Source: Mustelus asterias
Lineage: Eukaryota
Direction: 5' to 3'
Length of the DNA stretch: 64,000 nt
Assembly: GCF_964213995.1 (NCBI RefSeq)
Contig: NW_027590745.1
Span: 1 to 64,000 of the forward strand
The first letter of the stretch is position 1, and each line of letters begins with the position of its first letter. The notes under the pieces are model-generated. The model saw only the letters and a program-made list of their open reading frames with translations, did no database searches and was not told the origin of the DNA. Below are positions 1 to 13,399 of the stretch, in pieces. A program made the translations under genes and the position numbers.

Positions 1-345
1 CCACCCCTCCCCCATCCCTCCCCCCACCCCTCCCCCATCCCTCCCCCCACCCCTCCCCCATCCCTCCCCCCACCCCTCCCCCATCCCTCCCCCCACCCCT
101 CCCCCATCCCTCCCCATCCCTCCCCCCCACCCCTCCCCCATCCCTCCCCCCACCCCTCCCCCATCCCCCATCCCTCCCCCACCCCTCCCCCATCCCCCAT
201 CCCTCCCCCCACCCCTCCCCCATCCCTCCCCCCACCCCTCCCCCATCCCTCCCCCCACCCCTCCCCCATCCCTCCCCCCACCCCTCCCCCATCCCTCCCC
301 CCACCCCTCCCCCATCCCTCCCCCCACCCCTCCCCCATCCCCCCC
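1..345. repeat. C-rich tandem repeat, ~22-bp unit (ccacccctcccccatccctccc)
   Basis: Direct tandem reiteration; runs off the window start. Confidence 0.95.
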
Positions 346-762
346 CGCCACCTCAGCTCCCCCCCCCGCCACCTCAGCTCCCCCCCCCGCCACCTCAGCT
401 CCCCCCCCCCGCCACCTCAGCTCCCCCCCGCCACCTCAGCTCCCCCCCCGCCACCTCAGCTCCCCCCCGCCACCTCCGCTCCCCCCCTGCCACCTCAGCT
501 CCCCCCCCGCCACCTCAGCTCCCCCCCCCGCCACCTCAGCTCCCCCCCCCGCCACCTCAGCTCCCCCCCCCGCCACCTCAGCTCCCCCCCCCCCCGCCAC
601 CTCAGCTCCCCCCCCGCCACCTCAGCTCCCCCCCCGCCACCTCAGCTCCCCCCCCCGCCACCTCCGCTCCCCCCCCCGCCACCTCAGCTCCCCCCCCCCG
701 CCACCTCAGCTCCCCCCCCCCGCCACCTCAGCTCCCCCCCCCCGCCACCTCAGCTCCCCCCC
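346..762. repeat. Tandem repeat gccacctcagct(C)n, ~20-24-bp unit
   Basis: About 19 copies of gccacctcagct separated by variable poly-C. Confidence 0.95.
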
Positions 763-834
763 ACCCACCACTCCAGGCCCAGCAACATAACTGGGATTTG
801 TTCTGGTCCCCTACTTCCAGCTGCAGCCGTACCA

Positions 835-1190
835 AACACTTGAGCAAATCAGTTTAGCTGATACCCCACTGTCAGAGGTAGGTGCCTCTTTCGCATGAGA
901 TCTTAAACTAAGGCCCCATCTGCTCTCCCAGGTGAATGCAAAACATCCCACAGCATTATTTCAAAGAAAAGGGGGTGTTCCGCCCTGGCGCCGTGCCCAA
1001 TATTTCTCCCTGCACCAACATCACTAAAGTAAATGATCTGCTCATTCGCACAGTGCTGCTTTTTCTGGGAGCATACGTTGACTGTTTTGTTTCCTACATG
1101 AGGCCAGCACTGTAAAAGTACTTCATTGGCTTTAAACCATTTGAAGGTGCTGAAGTTGTGAAAGCTGGGGTAAAAGTGCAATTTCTTTAT
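835..1190 (+). mobile_element. Decayed Deu-domain SINE (SacSINE1/AmnSINE1-like)
   Basis: Motifs ccaatatttctccctgcaccaacatcactaaa, tttcctacat and aagtacttcattggc; related copies recur in the window. Confidence 0.65.
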
Positions 1191-1451
1191 TAATGAGCAC
1201 AAGAAGCAAAGCTCACGGTAAAGGACAGCATCTGCTGCTGTTATCCACAGAGATACGTCCTTTTTACTGCCCCCAGCTTTGCGCAGTTTTTCTCTCCCCG
1301 TATAATTGAGAGCAGTAGCAGCTGGTGAGAGGTTACCAGTGCATTAAGAATGACAGTTGGTTGAGTGACTCCAGCTTGCTTTGGTACCTCCTCACTTCAT
1401 TTCCCCCTCGCTCTCCAACTCAAGCTTCTAGAGAACAGGACTAAAATTAAT

Positions 1452-1734
1452 TCATAGAACGACAACAGCACGGGAGGTGGCCATTTAGCCCATTGTGCCT
1501 GGGCTGGTCGTTTTGAAAAAGCTATCCATTCGTCCCACCCCTATTTTTGCGTAGCCCTACAAATGTATTTATTCAAGTATTTATCCAATTATTCTTTGAT
1601 AATTACTATTGAATCTGCTTCCATCACCCTTTTAGACTGCATTCCAGATCATCATAACTTGCTGAAGAAAAATATTTCTCCTCATCTCACCTTTCCGCCT
1701 TTTGCCAATTATCTTAGATCTGTGTCCTCTGGTT
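1452..1734 (-). mobile_element. Decayed CR1 LINE 3' end, interrupted by a Penelope insertion
   Basis: CR1-type tail (catagaa...ggaggtggccatttagccc); resumes at ~2228 (ctgaccttcctgccagtgaaaacag). Confidence 0.55.
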
Positions 1735-2226
1735 ACTTCAGCGGTCATGGGCATTCGGCCTCTGATCTTCAGGTAAGCGTCCTCCAAGGCGGCCTTCACA
1801 ACACACGACAGCGCAAAGTCGCTGAGCAGAAACTGATAGCCAAGTTCCGCACACATGAGGACGGCCTAAACCGGGATGTTGGCTTTATGTCACACTATCA
1901 GTAACCCCCACAGCTTGCCTCCTGTCCTGTCTGGAGACAATACACATCTCTTTAACCTGTGCTTAATGCTCCCTCCTCCACTCACATTGTCTGTATCTTT
2001 AAGAACTGGTTGGCTGTAGAGATTTGCATTCTAATCAGTATTCTGTAACTTGATTTTGTGTCTCTGTGCCCTGTTTGAGAGCAGATTTCCACTCCATCTG
2101 ACGAAGGAGCAGCGCTCCGAAAGCTAATGGTATTTGCTACCAAATAAACCTTTTGGACTTTAACCTGGTGTTGTTAAAACTGTTACTGTGTTTACCCCAG
2201 TCCAACGCCGGCATCTCCACATCATG
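1735..2226 (+). mobile_element. Penelope-like element 3' fragment (GIY-YIG C-terminus, pseudo-LTR, tail)
   Basis: HSASDLQVSVLQGGLHNTRQRKVAEQKLIAKFRTHEDGLNRDVGFMSHY*; ends ccagtccaacgccggcatctccacat. Confidence 0.9.
2094..2130 (+). ncRNA. Minimal type I hammerhead ribozyme motif in Penelope pseudo-LTR
   Basis: ccat-CTGACGA-a-GGAGC/agc/GCTCC-GAAA-gcta-atgg; conserved core with stems I and II pairing. Confidence 0.8.
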
Positions 2227-3454
2227 ACTGACCTTCCTGCCAGTGAAAACAGTATCTCTCTATCTACTCTTAAAGGAATGTGTTTAATCTCTGCTCCTAC
2301 TTTCAATCTCTTCTTCTCATGTCCGCACTGTGCTGTTTCATGAAGATGGTGAAAGGATGAAATCACAAGGGATGTCTTTAAATGTTAAACTAAACCAAAA
2401 CCAACCAGGTCCAAGTGTCTTTGAGTGCTCAGTATCAATTATTAAGAACCAGGCTATCATTTGTTTTCTCCCATCAGCCCCCGCTACCCCATCCGCAGCC
2501 CCCCCAAAGGGATTAACACTTATTAGTAATGCTTCATGTGGTCATACCTCATGTACATGTCCAGCATATGCCCACCAAATGACTGGGGGCCTGGGGTCTT
2601 TGGGGGGCTCATTGGCCGAGTAATCTTGACATTCAGGATGGTCAATGTCCAAAGGAGCCAATCAGCTATGTAGACCATGCCAATTGACATCCTACTTGGC
2701 CAATAGTTGCTGTTGTTCTGACAACAGCAATCGTTGGCTCAGTAGATCACGCCTTGTGACTGGACTTGAAGTTGGAGAGTCACCAAGGCTGTGCGCCGTC
2801 TTCAGCTCAGACTTTGGAGTGGTGTGCTGCCTGTGCCTGCAGGAATGGAGCTTTTAGATAAGTACCTGTAGTTTAATTTAACTCCCTGGTGGACCGCACT
2901 CCCCTAAACCCCTGCACCTGCAAAGACTTTTTCCCCCCTCTTCAGGATTTAGAGATGAGGGCAGGAGGAGAATGGCCCTGGGCCACAGACAGACACCATG
3001 TGTGTGGTCCAGGGCCCTTCCCCTCCAGATCTTGTCTCAGTCTTTAGTTTATTTATCATTGTCACAAGTAGAGTCTTGAAGTCGTTTGTCAGTCCAGTCC
3101 CTCAATGATGGGTCTGTGGCCCAAATCCCTTGCCTCTTCTCTGGGTTCTCTTCTCGCCGAAGGAGTGAGGGATAACTTTTGCCCTTTGGAATCAAAGATG
3201 TCTTCATCGCATCTCTACAGACACGTGCCCACACACCCAATATTAAAGGCTTCATTTCGTGGCGACTAAATCTGGAAATGATTGGACCATTCCCCCATCA
3301 ATCGCACCCAGCAATTCTATAAATTACTCAGTTTGATTTTGTGCATCTAATTTGTATTAGATAGCTATCCTTCACTTATTTCGTTTTGATAAATAAGTAA
3401 TTATGAATAGTGTGCAATAAAGTGTTGTTAGAAAACAAGTTTTATATTTCCAAC

Positions 3455-3610
3455 CAAAAACAAAAAGTGCTGGGAACCCTCAGCAGGTCTGACAGCATCT
3501 GTGGAGAGAGAATAGAGCCAATGTTTTGAGTCTGGATCATCTGAGATTTTCCAGCATTATCTGTATTTGTTTCAGATTCCAGCATCTGCAGTAAATTGCT
3601 TCTATTTTAT
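3455..3610. mobile_element. Inverted pair of Penelope-type terminal fragments (older family)
   Basis: tgctgggaaccctcagcaggtctgacagcatctgtggagagag followed by an oppositely oriented ctgagattttccagcatt...cagattccagcatctgcagt. Confidence 0.6.
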
Positions 3611-3849
3611 ATTTCCAAGATCACTGCTTTTATAATTTATACTGAGGTAAAGGAGAAAATTCCTGGAAAGTATTTACTTTTAGGAAGGAGTTCTTGGAAT
3701 TTGACATTTTCCTGAAAGGGGTTCACGGGATGTGAAAGTTTGGGAATCATTGGACCAGGCTGATCCTGCAGTAAACTAGACTTCCCAAAAACACACTCAT
3801 TATTCCCCATCCCAACCCAGGACACTGAGCACATTTGTTGTGTTTCTAC

Positions 3850-3965
3850 CTTTTGTATTTCTGGTACATTGATGACTATGTTGGTACCACTTCTTGCTAT
3901 CATCCTGAACTGGTGAATTTCATCGAACTTTGCTCTGCCTTCCCCCAACATCACTAGGTCCATTC
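3850..3965 (+). mobile_element. Penelope-type reverse transcriptase remnant
   Basis: Translates FWYIDDYVGTTSCYHPELVNFI (YIDD catalytic motif). Confidence 0.6.
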
Positions 3966-4049
3966 CCAACTCTTCCCTTCCTTTCCTAAACTCTCCATTT
4001 CCGTAACTGACGGACAATCAGTGTATTGGCAAGCTCAGTGACTCTCATA

Positions 4050-7000
4050 GTTACTTTGTGACTGTATAACATTGGGGCACAGCAACAGTGGACTCAGGTC
4101 AGTCACTTTATAACACTTGGATGCAGCATTTGGTAATAGAGGTGTTACTGGATAACACCATTGTATAATACAGGGGATTCAGGACAGTTACTTCATAATT
4201 CTTGGGTACAATTTTGCTGGGTACAGGCTTGTTACAGTAAAACAGGTACAGTGCTGGCAGATAGAGGTCCAGTATTCTGGGGTACAGTACTGGTGGGTAC
4301 AGGTTTATTAGTGTACAACACTGGGGTACAAATCTGTTACTATACAACACTAAGCTACAGTACAGGTGAGCACAGATTTGTTACTGTACAACACGGGTAC
4401 AATACTGGTGGGTACAGGTCTGTCACTGTATAACATGGGTATTGTACTGGTGAGTACAGGTCTGTCCTTGTATAACACTGGGGTACCTTGCTGGTGGATA
4501 GAAGCCTGTCACCATATAAACACTGGAGTACAGTGCTGGTGGGTATAAGTTTGTCACTGTATAAGACTGGGGTACAGTGCTGGTGGGTGTATATCTGTCA
4601 CTGTAACACTGGGGTATAATACTGGTGGGTGTATATCTGTCACTGTAACACTGGGGTATAATACTGGTGGGTGTATATCTGTCACTGTAACACTGGGGTA
4701 TAATACTGGTGGGTGTATATCTGTCACTGTAACACTGGGGTATAATACTGGTGGGTGTATATCTGTCACTGTAACACTGGGGTATAATACTGGTGGGTGT
4801 ATATTTGTCACTGTGTAACACTGGGGTATAATACTGGTGGGTGTATATCTCACTGTAACACTGGGGTATAATACTGGTGGGTGTATATCTGTCACTGTAA
4901 CACTGGGGTATAATACTGGTGGGTGTATATCTGTCACTGTAACACTGGGGTATAATACTGGTGGGTGTATATCTGTCACTGTAACACTGGGGTATAATAC
5001 TGGTGGGTGTATATCTGTCACTGTAACACTGGGGTATAATACTGGTGGGTGTATATCTGTCACTGTAACACTGGGGTATAATACTGGTGGGTGTATATCT
5101 GTCACTGTAACACTGGGGTATAATACTGGTGGGTGTATATCTGTCACTGTGTAACACGGGTATAATACTGGTGGGTGTATATCTGTCACTGTAACACTGG
5201 GGTATAATACTGGTGGGTGTATATCTGTCACTGTAACACTGGGGTATAATACTGGTGGGTGTATATCGGTCACTGTAACACTGGGGTATAATACTGGTGG
5301 GTGTATATCTGTCACTGTAACACTGGGGTATAATACTGGTGGGTGTATATCTGTCACTGTAACACTGGGGTATAATACTGGTGGGTGTATATCTGTCACT
5401 GTAACACTGGGGTATAATACTGGTGGGTGTATATCTGTCACTGTAACACTGGGGTATAATACTGGTGGGTGTATATCTGTCACTGTAACACTGGGGTATA
5501 ATACTGGTGGGTGTATATCTGTCACTGTAACACTGGGGTATAATACTGGTGGGTGTATATCTGTCACTGTAACACTGGGGTATAATACTGGTGGGTGTAT
5601 ATCTGTCACTGTAACACTGGGGTATAATACTGGTGGGTGTATATCTGTCACTGTAACACTGGGGTATAATACTGGTGGGTGTATATCTGTCACTGTAACA
5701 CTGGGGTATAATACTGGTGGGTGTATATCTGTCACTGTAACACTGGGGTATAATACTGGTGGGTGTATATCTGTCACTGTAACACTGGGGTATAATACTG
5801 GTGGGTGTATATCTGTCACTGTAACACTGGGGTATAATACTGGTGGGTGTATATCTGTCACTGTAACACTGGGGTATAATACTGGTGGGTGTATATCTGT
5901 CACTGTAACACTGGGGTATAATACTGGTGGGTGTATATCTGTCACTGTGTAACACGGGTATAATACTGGTGGGTGTATATCTGTCACTGTAACACTGGGG
6001 TATAATACTGGTGGGTGTATATCTGTCACTGTAACACTGGGGTATAATACTGGTGGGTGTATATCTGTCACTGTAACACGGGTATAATACTGGTGGGTGT
6101 ATATCTGTCACTGTAACACTGGGGTATAATACTGGTGGGTGTATATCTGTCACTGTAACACTGGGGTATAATACTGGTGGGTGTATATCTGTCACTGTAA
6201 CACTGGGGTATAATACTGGTGGGTGTATATTTGTCACTGTAACACTGGGGTATAATACTGGTGGGTGTATATCTGTCACTGTAACACTGGGGTATAATAC
6301 TGGTGGGTGTATATCTGTCACTGTAACACTGGGGTATAATACTGGTGGGTGTATATCTGTCACTGTAACACTGGGGTATAATACTGGTGGGTGTATATCT
6401 GTCACTGTAACACTGGGGTATAATACTGGTGGGTGTATATCTGTCACTGTAACACTGGGGTATAATACTGGTGGGTGTATATCTGTCACTGTAACACGGG
6501 TATAATACTGGTGGGTGTATATCTGTCACTGTAACACTGGGTATAATACTGGTGGGTGTATATCTGTCACTGTAACACTGGGGTATAATACTGGTGGGTG
6601 TATATCTGTCACTGTAACACTGGGGTATAATACTGGTGGGTGTATATCTGTCACTGTAACACTGGGGTATAATACTGGTGGGTGTATATCTGTCACTGTA
6701 ACACTGGGGTATAATACTGGTGGGTGTATATCTGTCACTGTAACACTGGGGTATAATACTGGTGGGTGTATATCTGTCACTGTAACACTGGGGTATAATA
6801 CTGGTGGGTGTATATCTGTCACTGTAACACTGGGGTATAATACTGGTGGGTGTATATCTGTCACTGTAACACTGGGGTATAATACTGGTGGGTGTATATC
6901 TGTCACTGTAACACTGGGGTATAACACTGGTGGGTGTATATCTGTCACTGTAACACTGGGGTATAATACTGGTGGGTGTATATCTGTCACTGTAACACTG

Positions 7001-7075
7001 GGGTATAATACTGGTGGGTGTATATCTGTCACTGTAACACTGGGGTATAATACTGCTGGGTCCTGTCACTATGAA
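4050..7075. repeat. 42-bp minisatellite; homogeneous core ~4590-7055 (~58 units) with degenerate flanking units
   Basis: Unit gtcactgtaacactggggtataatactggtgggtgtatatct; 14-aa periodicity in the ORF track. Confidence 0.98.
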
Positions 7076-7815
7076 ACATAGAAAATAGAAGCAGGAGTAT
7101 TCGACCCTTAGAGTCTGCTCCGCCATTCATTAGGATCATGGCTGATCATTCATCTCAACACCCTGTTCCTGCTTTCCCCCTATATCTTTTGATCCCTTTA
7201 GTCTCAAGAGCTATATCTAACCCCTTCTTTAAAACATACCATGTTTTGGCCTTAACTGCTTTCTGTGGTAGAGAATTCCACAGGCTCACTACTCTGTGAG
7301 GAAAGGTTTCCTCATCTCAGTCCCAAATGGTCTACCCCTTATCTTCAGACTAATTCCCGCAACCGAGAACATTCTTCCAGCTGCTCAAAAAAAACTTTTA
7401 AAAACTTAAACACTAGAGCAAGAACATTTTTCCTCAGATAAGGAGACCAAAACTGCACACAATATTCCAGGTGTGGCCTCTCCAAGGCCCTATATAACTG
7501 CAGCAAGACATCCCTTCTCCTGTACTCAAAACCTCTCACTATGAAAGCCAACATACTATTTGCCTGCTGCATCTGCATGCTTACTTTCAGCGACTGGTGT
7601 ACAAAAACATCCAGGTATCATTGCACATTCCCCACTCTCAATCTAGTCATTCAGTTAATAATCTGCTTTTCTGGTTTTGCTAACAAAGGGGATAAACTCA
7701 CATTTGTCCTCATTATACTGCATCTGTCATGCATTTGCCCACTCACTCAACTTGTCCAAATGGTACTGAAGCATTTCTGCATCCTCCTCATAGCTCACCC
7801 TTCCACCCCACTTTG
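7074..7815 (-). mobile_element. CR1 LINE 3' fragment inserted in the minisatellite
   Basis: ANSMLAFIVRGFEYRRRDVLLQLYRALERPHLEYCVQFWSPYLRK; CR1 tail at 7074. Confidence 0.9.
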
Positions 7816-7997
7816 TGGATAACACAGGTACAGTACTGATGGATACAGGTCTGTCACTATAACATGGGTATTGTACTGATGAGTACAAGTCTGTCTTTGT
7901 ATAACACGGGTACAGTGCTGGTGTATATAAGTCTGTCACTGTATAATACTGGGGGTACAGTACTGGTGGGTACAGGCCTGTCCCTTTGTAACACAGG
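7816..7997. repeat. Degenerate continuation of the 42-bp minisatellite
   Basis: ggtacagtactggtgggtacagg and tctgtcactgtataa units. Confidence 0.85.
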
Positions 7998-8379
7998 TAG
8001 GTGCTTGCATTGTTCATAGTCCCATTTCCTTTCTCCTCACTGAGTTGACTGCCCAGTTGTTCACACAGGACTGGTGCTGAGCGTCACCACATCCCAGTTT
8101 GACCTGCGGTTTCCCCACTGAAGATTTAGATATTGTATAAAATTGGCTCATCTTTTGTACTCAAATTCCTGTGACACACCTCAGAAGAAAAGTCAGGAGA
8201 GGAACTGGTATGTCTGCAGCTTCTTATCTAGCCCATGAGTTTACTTAAGAGCAATTGGATTTTGTATCTTAATGAGTGCACACACCCATATATTTCAGGA
8301 GAAGATCATTGTATTTTACATGGTACAGTGCTGTCCCCAATAAAGAACACAGTGACTCACTCAAATTCAACAATCTCAG

Positions 8380-8775
8380 ATCATAACATCTGCCCCCATT
8401 TTTTCTCCTTTTAATCTACAATATGCTGGTTTTAGTTCTTCCCTCTTGTTTTATTTCAGTTTTCAGACTGTAGCTATTCATGATTCTGTCATTTTCCTCT
8501 GTACTATCTTTTGTTTCTCTTACTTGTGCCATGACCATCACTTATCCCCTTGCACCGTCATCCCCTTTAACATTTCATCTCTCCTGTCTTCCAACATCTA
8601 ACAGGCCTTCTCTTTTGTTCTTTGTCCCACCTTTTCCCCCCTTTCACTTAAAACTTATTATACCACTTAACTTTTCCCACTTCTGATGAAAGTCACCAAC
8701 CGAAATGTTAACTCTGTTTTTCTCTCCATAGATGCTGCCAAACCTGCTGAGAATTTCCAACATGTTTTGTTTGCT
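8380..8775 (+). mobile_element. Old Penelope-type pseudo-LTR with degenerate hammerhead core
   Basis: Pyrimidine-rich tract, then CTGATGA...GAAA (8683-8705) and gttaactctgtttttctctccatagatgctgcc. Confidence 0.6.
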
Positions 8776-9134
8776 TGCTTCAGGAGATTTGCTGATGTGT
8801 TGAAATGCTTGTGCACATCCATCACAATTTATTACAGAACCTTCAGAAAATATACAAAATGAAACCCCAACATTTTATCCTGAGTTCCTTTGAGCTGGTA
8901 CCTGGGATTCATCAGAAACATACTGATTGATCTTCGGATTTATATAGTTAGCTGTCACTCTCTGAAATCCCACAGGGAAGGCCCAAGCAGTAGGCTTAAA
9001 GGGACACGCCAGGCTGCAATAGCAGGTAGCCTGTGCACAGCGCCAGGGGATCATTGCCAGCTCTGGTAATGTGTCCTACCATCAGAATCTGGTGCTGTTG
9101 TACAAGTAACAGCTTGGGCAATGTGCGAGCCACG

Positions 9135-9450
9135 GCACAGTGTTGTATTCTCACCTTTGAGCTGGAAAGTTGAGTTCAAGCCTCAAGACTCAACACAAAG
9201 ATCCCACAGTAAGACTTAAAGAAGAGCAGGCGAGCTCTCTATGGTGACCTGGTCACTATCTATCCCTCCATTAACATCACTAAAAGCACATTATTTGGTC
9301 GTTATCTCATTTCAAAGGGACATTGCTTTTGCTAAATTAGCTGCTGCATTTCTATACATTGCAGCAGTGACATCTTCAGAAAGTACCTCATTAGCTATAA
9401 AGCACCTGGGGACACACAGACTTTGAAGGGTGCTGTAGAAATGCTTATTT
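9135..9450 (+). mobile_element. Decayed Deu-domain SINE
   Basis: tRNA-like head (gttcaag), tatccctccattaacatcactaaa, ctataaagcac tail. Confidence 0.55.
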
Positions 9451-10217
9451 ACTAGTCAACACTGTGAGTAAATGTTGTGATCCAATGAATGACACGTCAG
9501 AAAGCACAGTATATATCTTCATCAAGTTTGAAAAGTTGACATCACAGAATTATTCCCTTCAAGGTGCAACTCAAGAATTTGGTTCCTAAACCTTTTCCCC
9601 TATGATTTTTTTCCTGGAGAGGAGGGGGGCACTCCCCCAGGGGGCAAAGCACCTTCTCCTCACCTTGGCAAAATGGCCACTTCTTAGGTTTGTCAATTGT
9701 GGGACCTTAATTCTGTCCAGGCGAGGGGGGTCAAACCTTGAGGGTTTATGAACCTTATCACTAAATACTATCTTGAGTGCTGCAGAGCAACCCCCTGACT
9801 ATCCATTGTTGGAATTGCAATCTTGGCTTCTTGGAGAAAGGGAGTTAATATGGACATCTGCAAAATGTTTCTGTAATCCATTGAAGGCCCTGTCTCTGGC
9901 TGGAAATGCTGCCCAATTGTTCACTTTGTTAACCCTTAGCATCTTGGATACTTATTTGAGAGTCGAGCTCCTGGAGTGCTGGTGGCCTAGTGCTGCTCCA
10001 TACCAAGCTCCCGGGTTCCATTCTGCTTTTGCAGTGGGTTATCTGGGCTGAGTAAGATCTGCAGTAAGGGGTAGTGTCTTAGCTCAACATTCCTGGGATC
10101 ATGAGCAAAGAATTGTCCAGCTTTCCCACAATTATCCAGGGACTTGCACCAGAATGTGGGCGTGTGAGAATGTGGGATGAGGACTTGACTGGGCTTGACT
10201 CTGATATTCCTCACAGC

Positions 10218-10340
10218 TGGACTATCTAACGAACATTATCCAATCTCACACACTAGGAATGAGCACTTGGGGAAGGTATCGGCAGAAACTCAACCCCAGG
10301 AGAGAGGAGATTACCAGTGCCCACAGGACGTTCTCCCAGT
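10218..10340 (+). CDS. Candidate terminal coding exon of unknown gene (LDYLTNIIQSHTLGMSTWGRYRQKLNPRREEITSAHRTFSQ*)
   Basis: Acceptor-like tattcctcacag in non-repetitive DNA; gag|gtgaga donor-like site at ~10428; product not recognised. Confidence 0.15.
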
Positions 10341-11879
10341 AGGAGAGGAAGTGAGCTGTGCCCAAGGAATACCCTTCCTGAAGGAGAGGAGGGATGACAC
10401 TCGTACACATGGAACTCAGACTTAGGAGGTGAGACCAGAATATTAACATTTGTGAGCTTTAAGGCTGCTCTTTTGTTATTCAAGACATTCAGGGTCAGTA
10501 AGCTAAGGACAAATGATGGACACATTTGGTTTGAATAGACATCTTGACTTAGGAGACATGTGATATGGACACACGCACTTTATAAATAACCGAGGGCCAT
10601 TTGATACGTTTCAGCCTTCTGAGAACTTTTTAAACTTCGCTTTCACGGTTGAAGATGCCATTCACAGGCACTGTTTCGCACAGCTCCTGTTCAATAAGAC
10701 ATGTTTCCCACTCACTGGATATCAAACAAGATAAATTAGAAAGAAAATGATTGGCGGGGGTGTGGGTGTTGTTAAACAAGGACCCCCTCCAATGTTAGAA
10801 AGAGCAAGAGAGGACCTGATCCTGGCTCAGCTGGGATGTAGCACCTTCTAATTACACTGCGCTAAACAAAACCTTCGAGGTTGATACGGAAACAGTCCAT
10901 GAATTCTGCAGAGTTGATGGACGTTTTGTGAGAAAGGGAAGGCACTTTGATCAGGCAGGAGGAAGCGCTGTATTTAATGAGAGTTCAGGAGCCACCGCAG
11001 AAGTAACCTCGACATGGGACACTCTTCCGCAGATGCACCAGTGCCAAGTATCAGAGGGCAACCTTATCTTTAAATAGGTAGATCCAGGAACAACTACAGA
11101 AAGGCAGCTCCTCCTCCACCCCTCTCCATCTGCAGTATGTACCCACAGTTTGCTCACATCTCCTGAAGGACCTTCCCCTCACCCCATTCTGTGCTGAACA
11201 CAACACCGACTCCACCATCACAACCCAATACCAATCGGACCCACATTCAAATCCTTGCTGCTCCATCTCACTAACACAATCCTGGCCTCAGGCCTCGTAA
11301 CAGTCTGACAACCATTACATCAATCTAACTCTCAGTAACAATGGCTGGGACACTGCTTTAATCTACTTCAAACACATAAAGACATTTATAACGGGCAAAA
11401 GAAAATAATAAAGGGAAGTGTGGGATGGTTGTTAGAGGCAGACGGATGGGGAGAGGTAGGGAGAGGGAGACGGCAATGAAAAACAAGAGGCGACTCATCC
11501 ATGGAAGAGGTTTGTGTCAGTGATTGAAGCCGCCGCTGCTGGACAGTCTCTGAAGCAGTCTTTCAGCACCATTTTGTTAGTCAGCTCCTTGTGGTCCAAA
11601 TGCTCTCTGCACTCACTGATAGCAGCATAATAATATTCTGTCCTTCACACACAGGCAATCACAGAACCCAGCAAAATAAAACAACACAGCCAGCCCAGGG
11701 TGGAGAGGAAGAATCAAATAAAACCATCACTTACTTTGAAAAGAACTCATCCTGCTTGCTTTTTTAAAAAATTCCCAGTTTCCAAGCACGAGGAAAGATG
11801 GTAGGAAGGGAGCTTTGCAGATTAAAACACAAAAAAAAATCCTCCCACACGATCTTGCAGCCCACTGCAAACAGCCCAG

Positions 11880-12280
11880 AAGGTTGCTGACGTCACTGAT
11901 TCATGAATGGATGTAAATTGGCCTGTTTTAGAATTCAGCACAGATCTGTGAGTTGCAAGAGGAGGGGGTGGAGGGAGGGGGTGGGGGGATGCTGGAAGCC
12001 AATGGGGATGTGTGTAGCTGCAGCCTGGCTCTCTTGGATTGAAAGCATTGGCCAGGTTCACTGATTAAGCTGAGCAGCACGTCGTGCCGTGGGCTGCATC
12101 AGGATCTTGAATTCTGCCTTGCAGCCTTGCGTCAGGAGCAGACTGACCTCCTTAGGCAGCGAGGCCACTGCTGCCTCACAGGCTGGGTGCTGCCGTGACG
12201 CACAACGCTATATGCGACGGATGATGCTGGGCTGTGCTGGGGCAAATACCTCCCTGTCAAAACGGGATTGCTTCGTCAAC
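11880..12280. promoter_or_regulatory. Candidate cAMP-responsive enhancer/promoter
   Basis: Full CRE TGACGTCA at 11888-11895, half-CREs TGCGTCA (12128), TGACGCA (12196) and TTCGTCA (12272), CCAAT boxes, retained CpGs in TE-free DNA. Confidence 0.35.
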
Positions 12281-12929
12281 TGCTGGTCAGAAGCAAGGAT
12301 GAGCCTGGCAAGCTTAAAAATGAGAGCTAGCGAGCTTCACTGAAAGTGACATATTTACACACTCCTAATGCTGGAAGGGTAGACTCATGACCTTTTGGTT
12401 TTCCTCTTTACCACTAGTCAAAAGCTAGGAGGCCTACCTTATAAAAGACTCCCATCGCCAATCTCGGTGATGAGACAGCCAGACCCTAGGCACTCAGCTC
12501 TCTGCCTCCCCCCCCGACTCGGTACTGCATCTTGTACAGCTTTCCTCAACAGTGCATTTTAATAATACAGAAACATCTTTAGATGGGCATTGACCATCAC
12601 AACACCCAGTTAGCCAATCAGACTAACAAAGATGCATCAACAACAGTGGGTCAAAACACCATTAACCACCTCCAGACAATGCAGTAACCCCCAGGACTGC
12701 ACTGGAGCATCATTGTGGATTTCAGTGTCCAAATCCTGCAATGAGGGTTGGCCGTCACCCCTGTGCTTTATGACTTACATTTGTTTATCAATGCAGCATC
12801 ACAAGGTTTCAGGGTTTTAGTTTGAATGCTTTAGTACTTGTGTTCCTTAGCATTACATAAGGTGTCATAAGGGACTATTTTATTACAGAATATATCATCA
12901 CATGGGGTTCATACTGTTACAGAATGCAT

Positions 12930-13380
12930 ATGAACATACAAGATAGGAGCAGAAGAAGTTCGGTAGAAGAGTCATTTAGATCCAAAACTTTAACTCTGTT
13001 ATCCCTCCACAGATGCTGCCAGACCTGCTGAATTTATCCAGCATTTTTTATTTTTGATTCCCAGCACCTACAGTATTTTGCTTTTATTTGCCATCTGGCC
13101 CCTTGAGTGAACCTGTTCCATCATTCAATATGATCGTGGCTGATCTGTTCTCAAATTCCACATTCCCATCTACCCCCGATAACCTTTCATTTCTTTGCCT
13201 AACAAGAATCTATCCACCTCTGCCTTAAAAATATTCAGTGACCCCGCTTCCACTGCCTTCAGAGGCAGAGAGTTCCAAACTCACACGACCCTCTGAGAGA
13301 AAATATTTCTCCTAATCTCTGTCCTATAAGGGCAAACCCTAATTTTAAAACAGTACCCCCATGTTCTGGATCTGCCCACG
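12930..13380 (-). mobile_element. CR1 3' fragment interrupted by a Penelope-type terminus (~12960-13090)
   Basis: gaacatacaagataggagcagaag tail, then cagatgctgccagacctgctg, then CR1 3' sequence. Confidence 0.6.
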
Positions 13381-13399
13381 ATTGCAGAGTTCCCCAAGA

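Noticed and set aside
1-762. Telomeric repeat
   Set aside because: No CCCTAA units; simple C-rich minisatellites.
4423-7126. Long ORFs (up to 688 aa) in the 42-bp array
   Set aside because: Product of a stop-free repeat unit divisible by three; open on both strands and in several frames.
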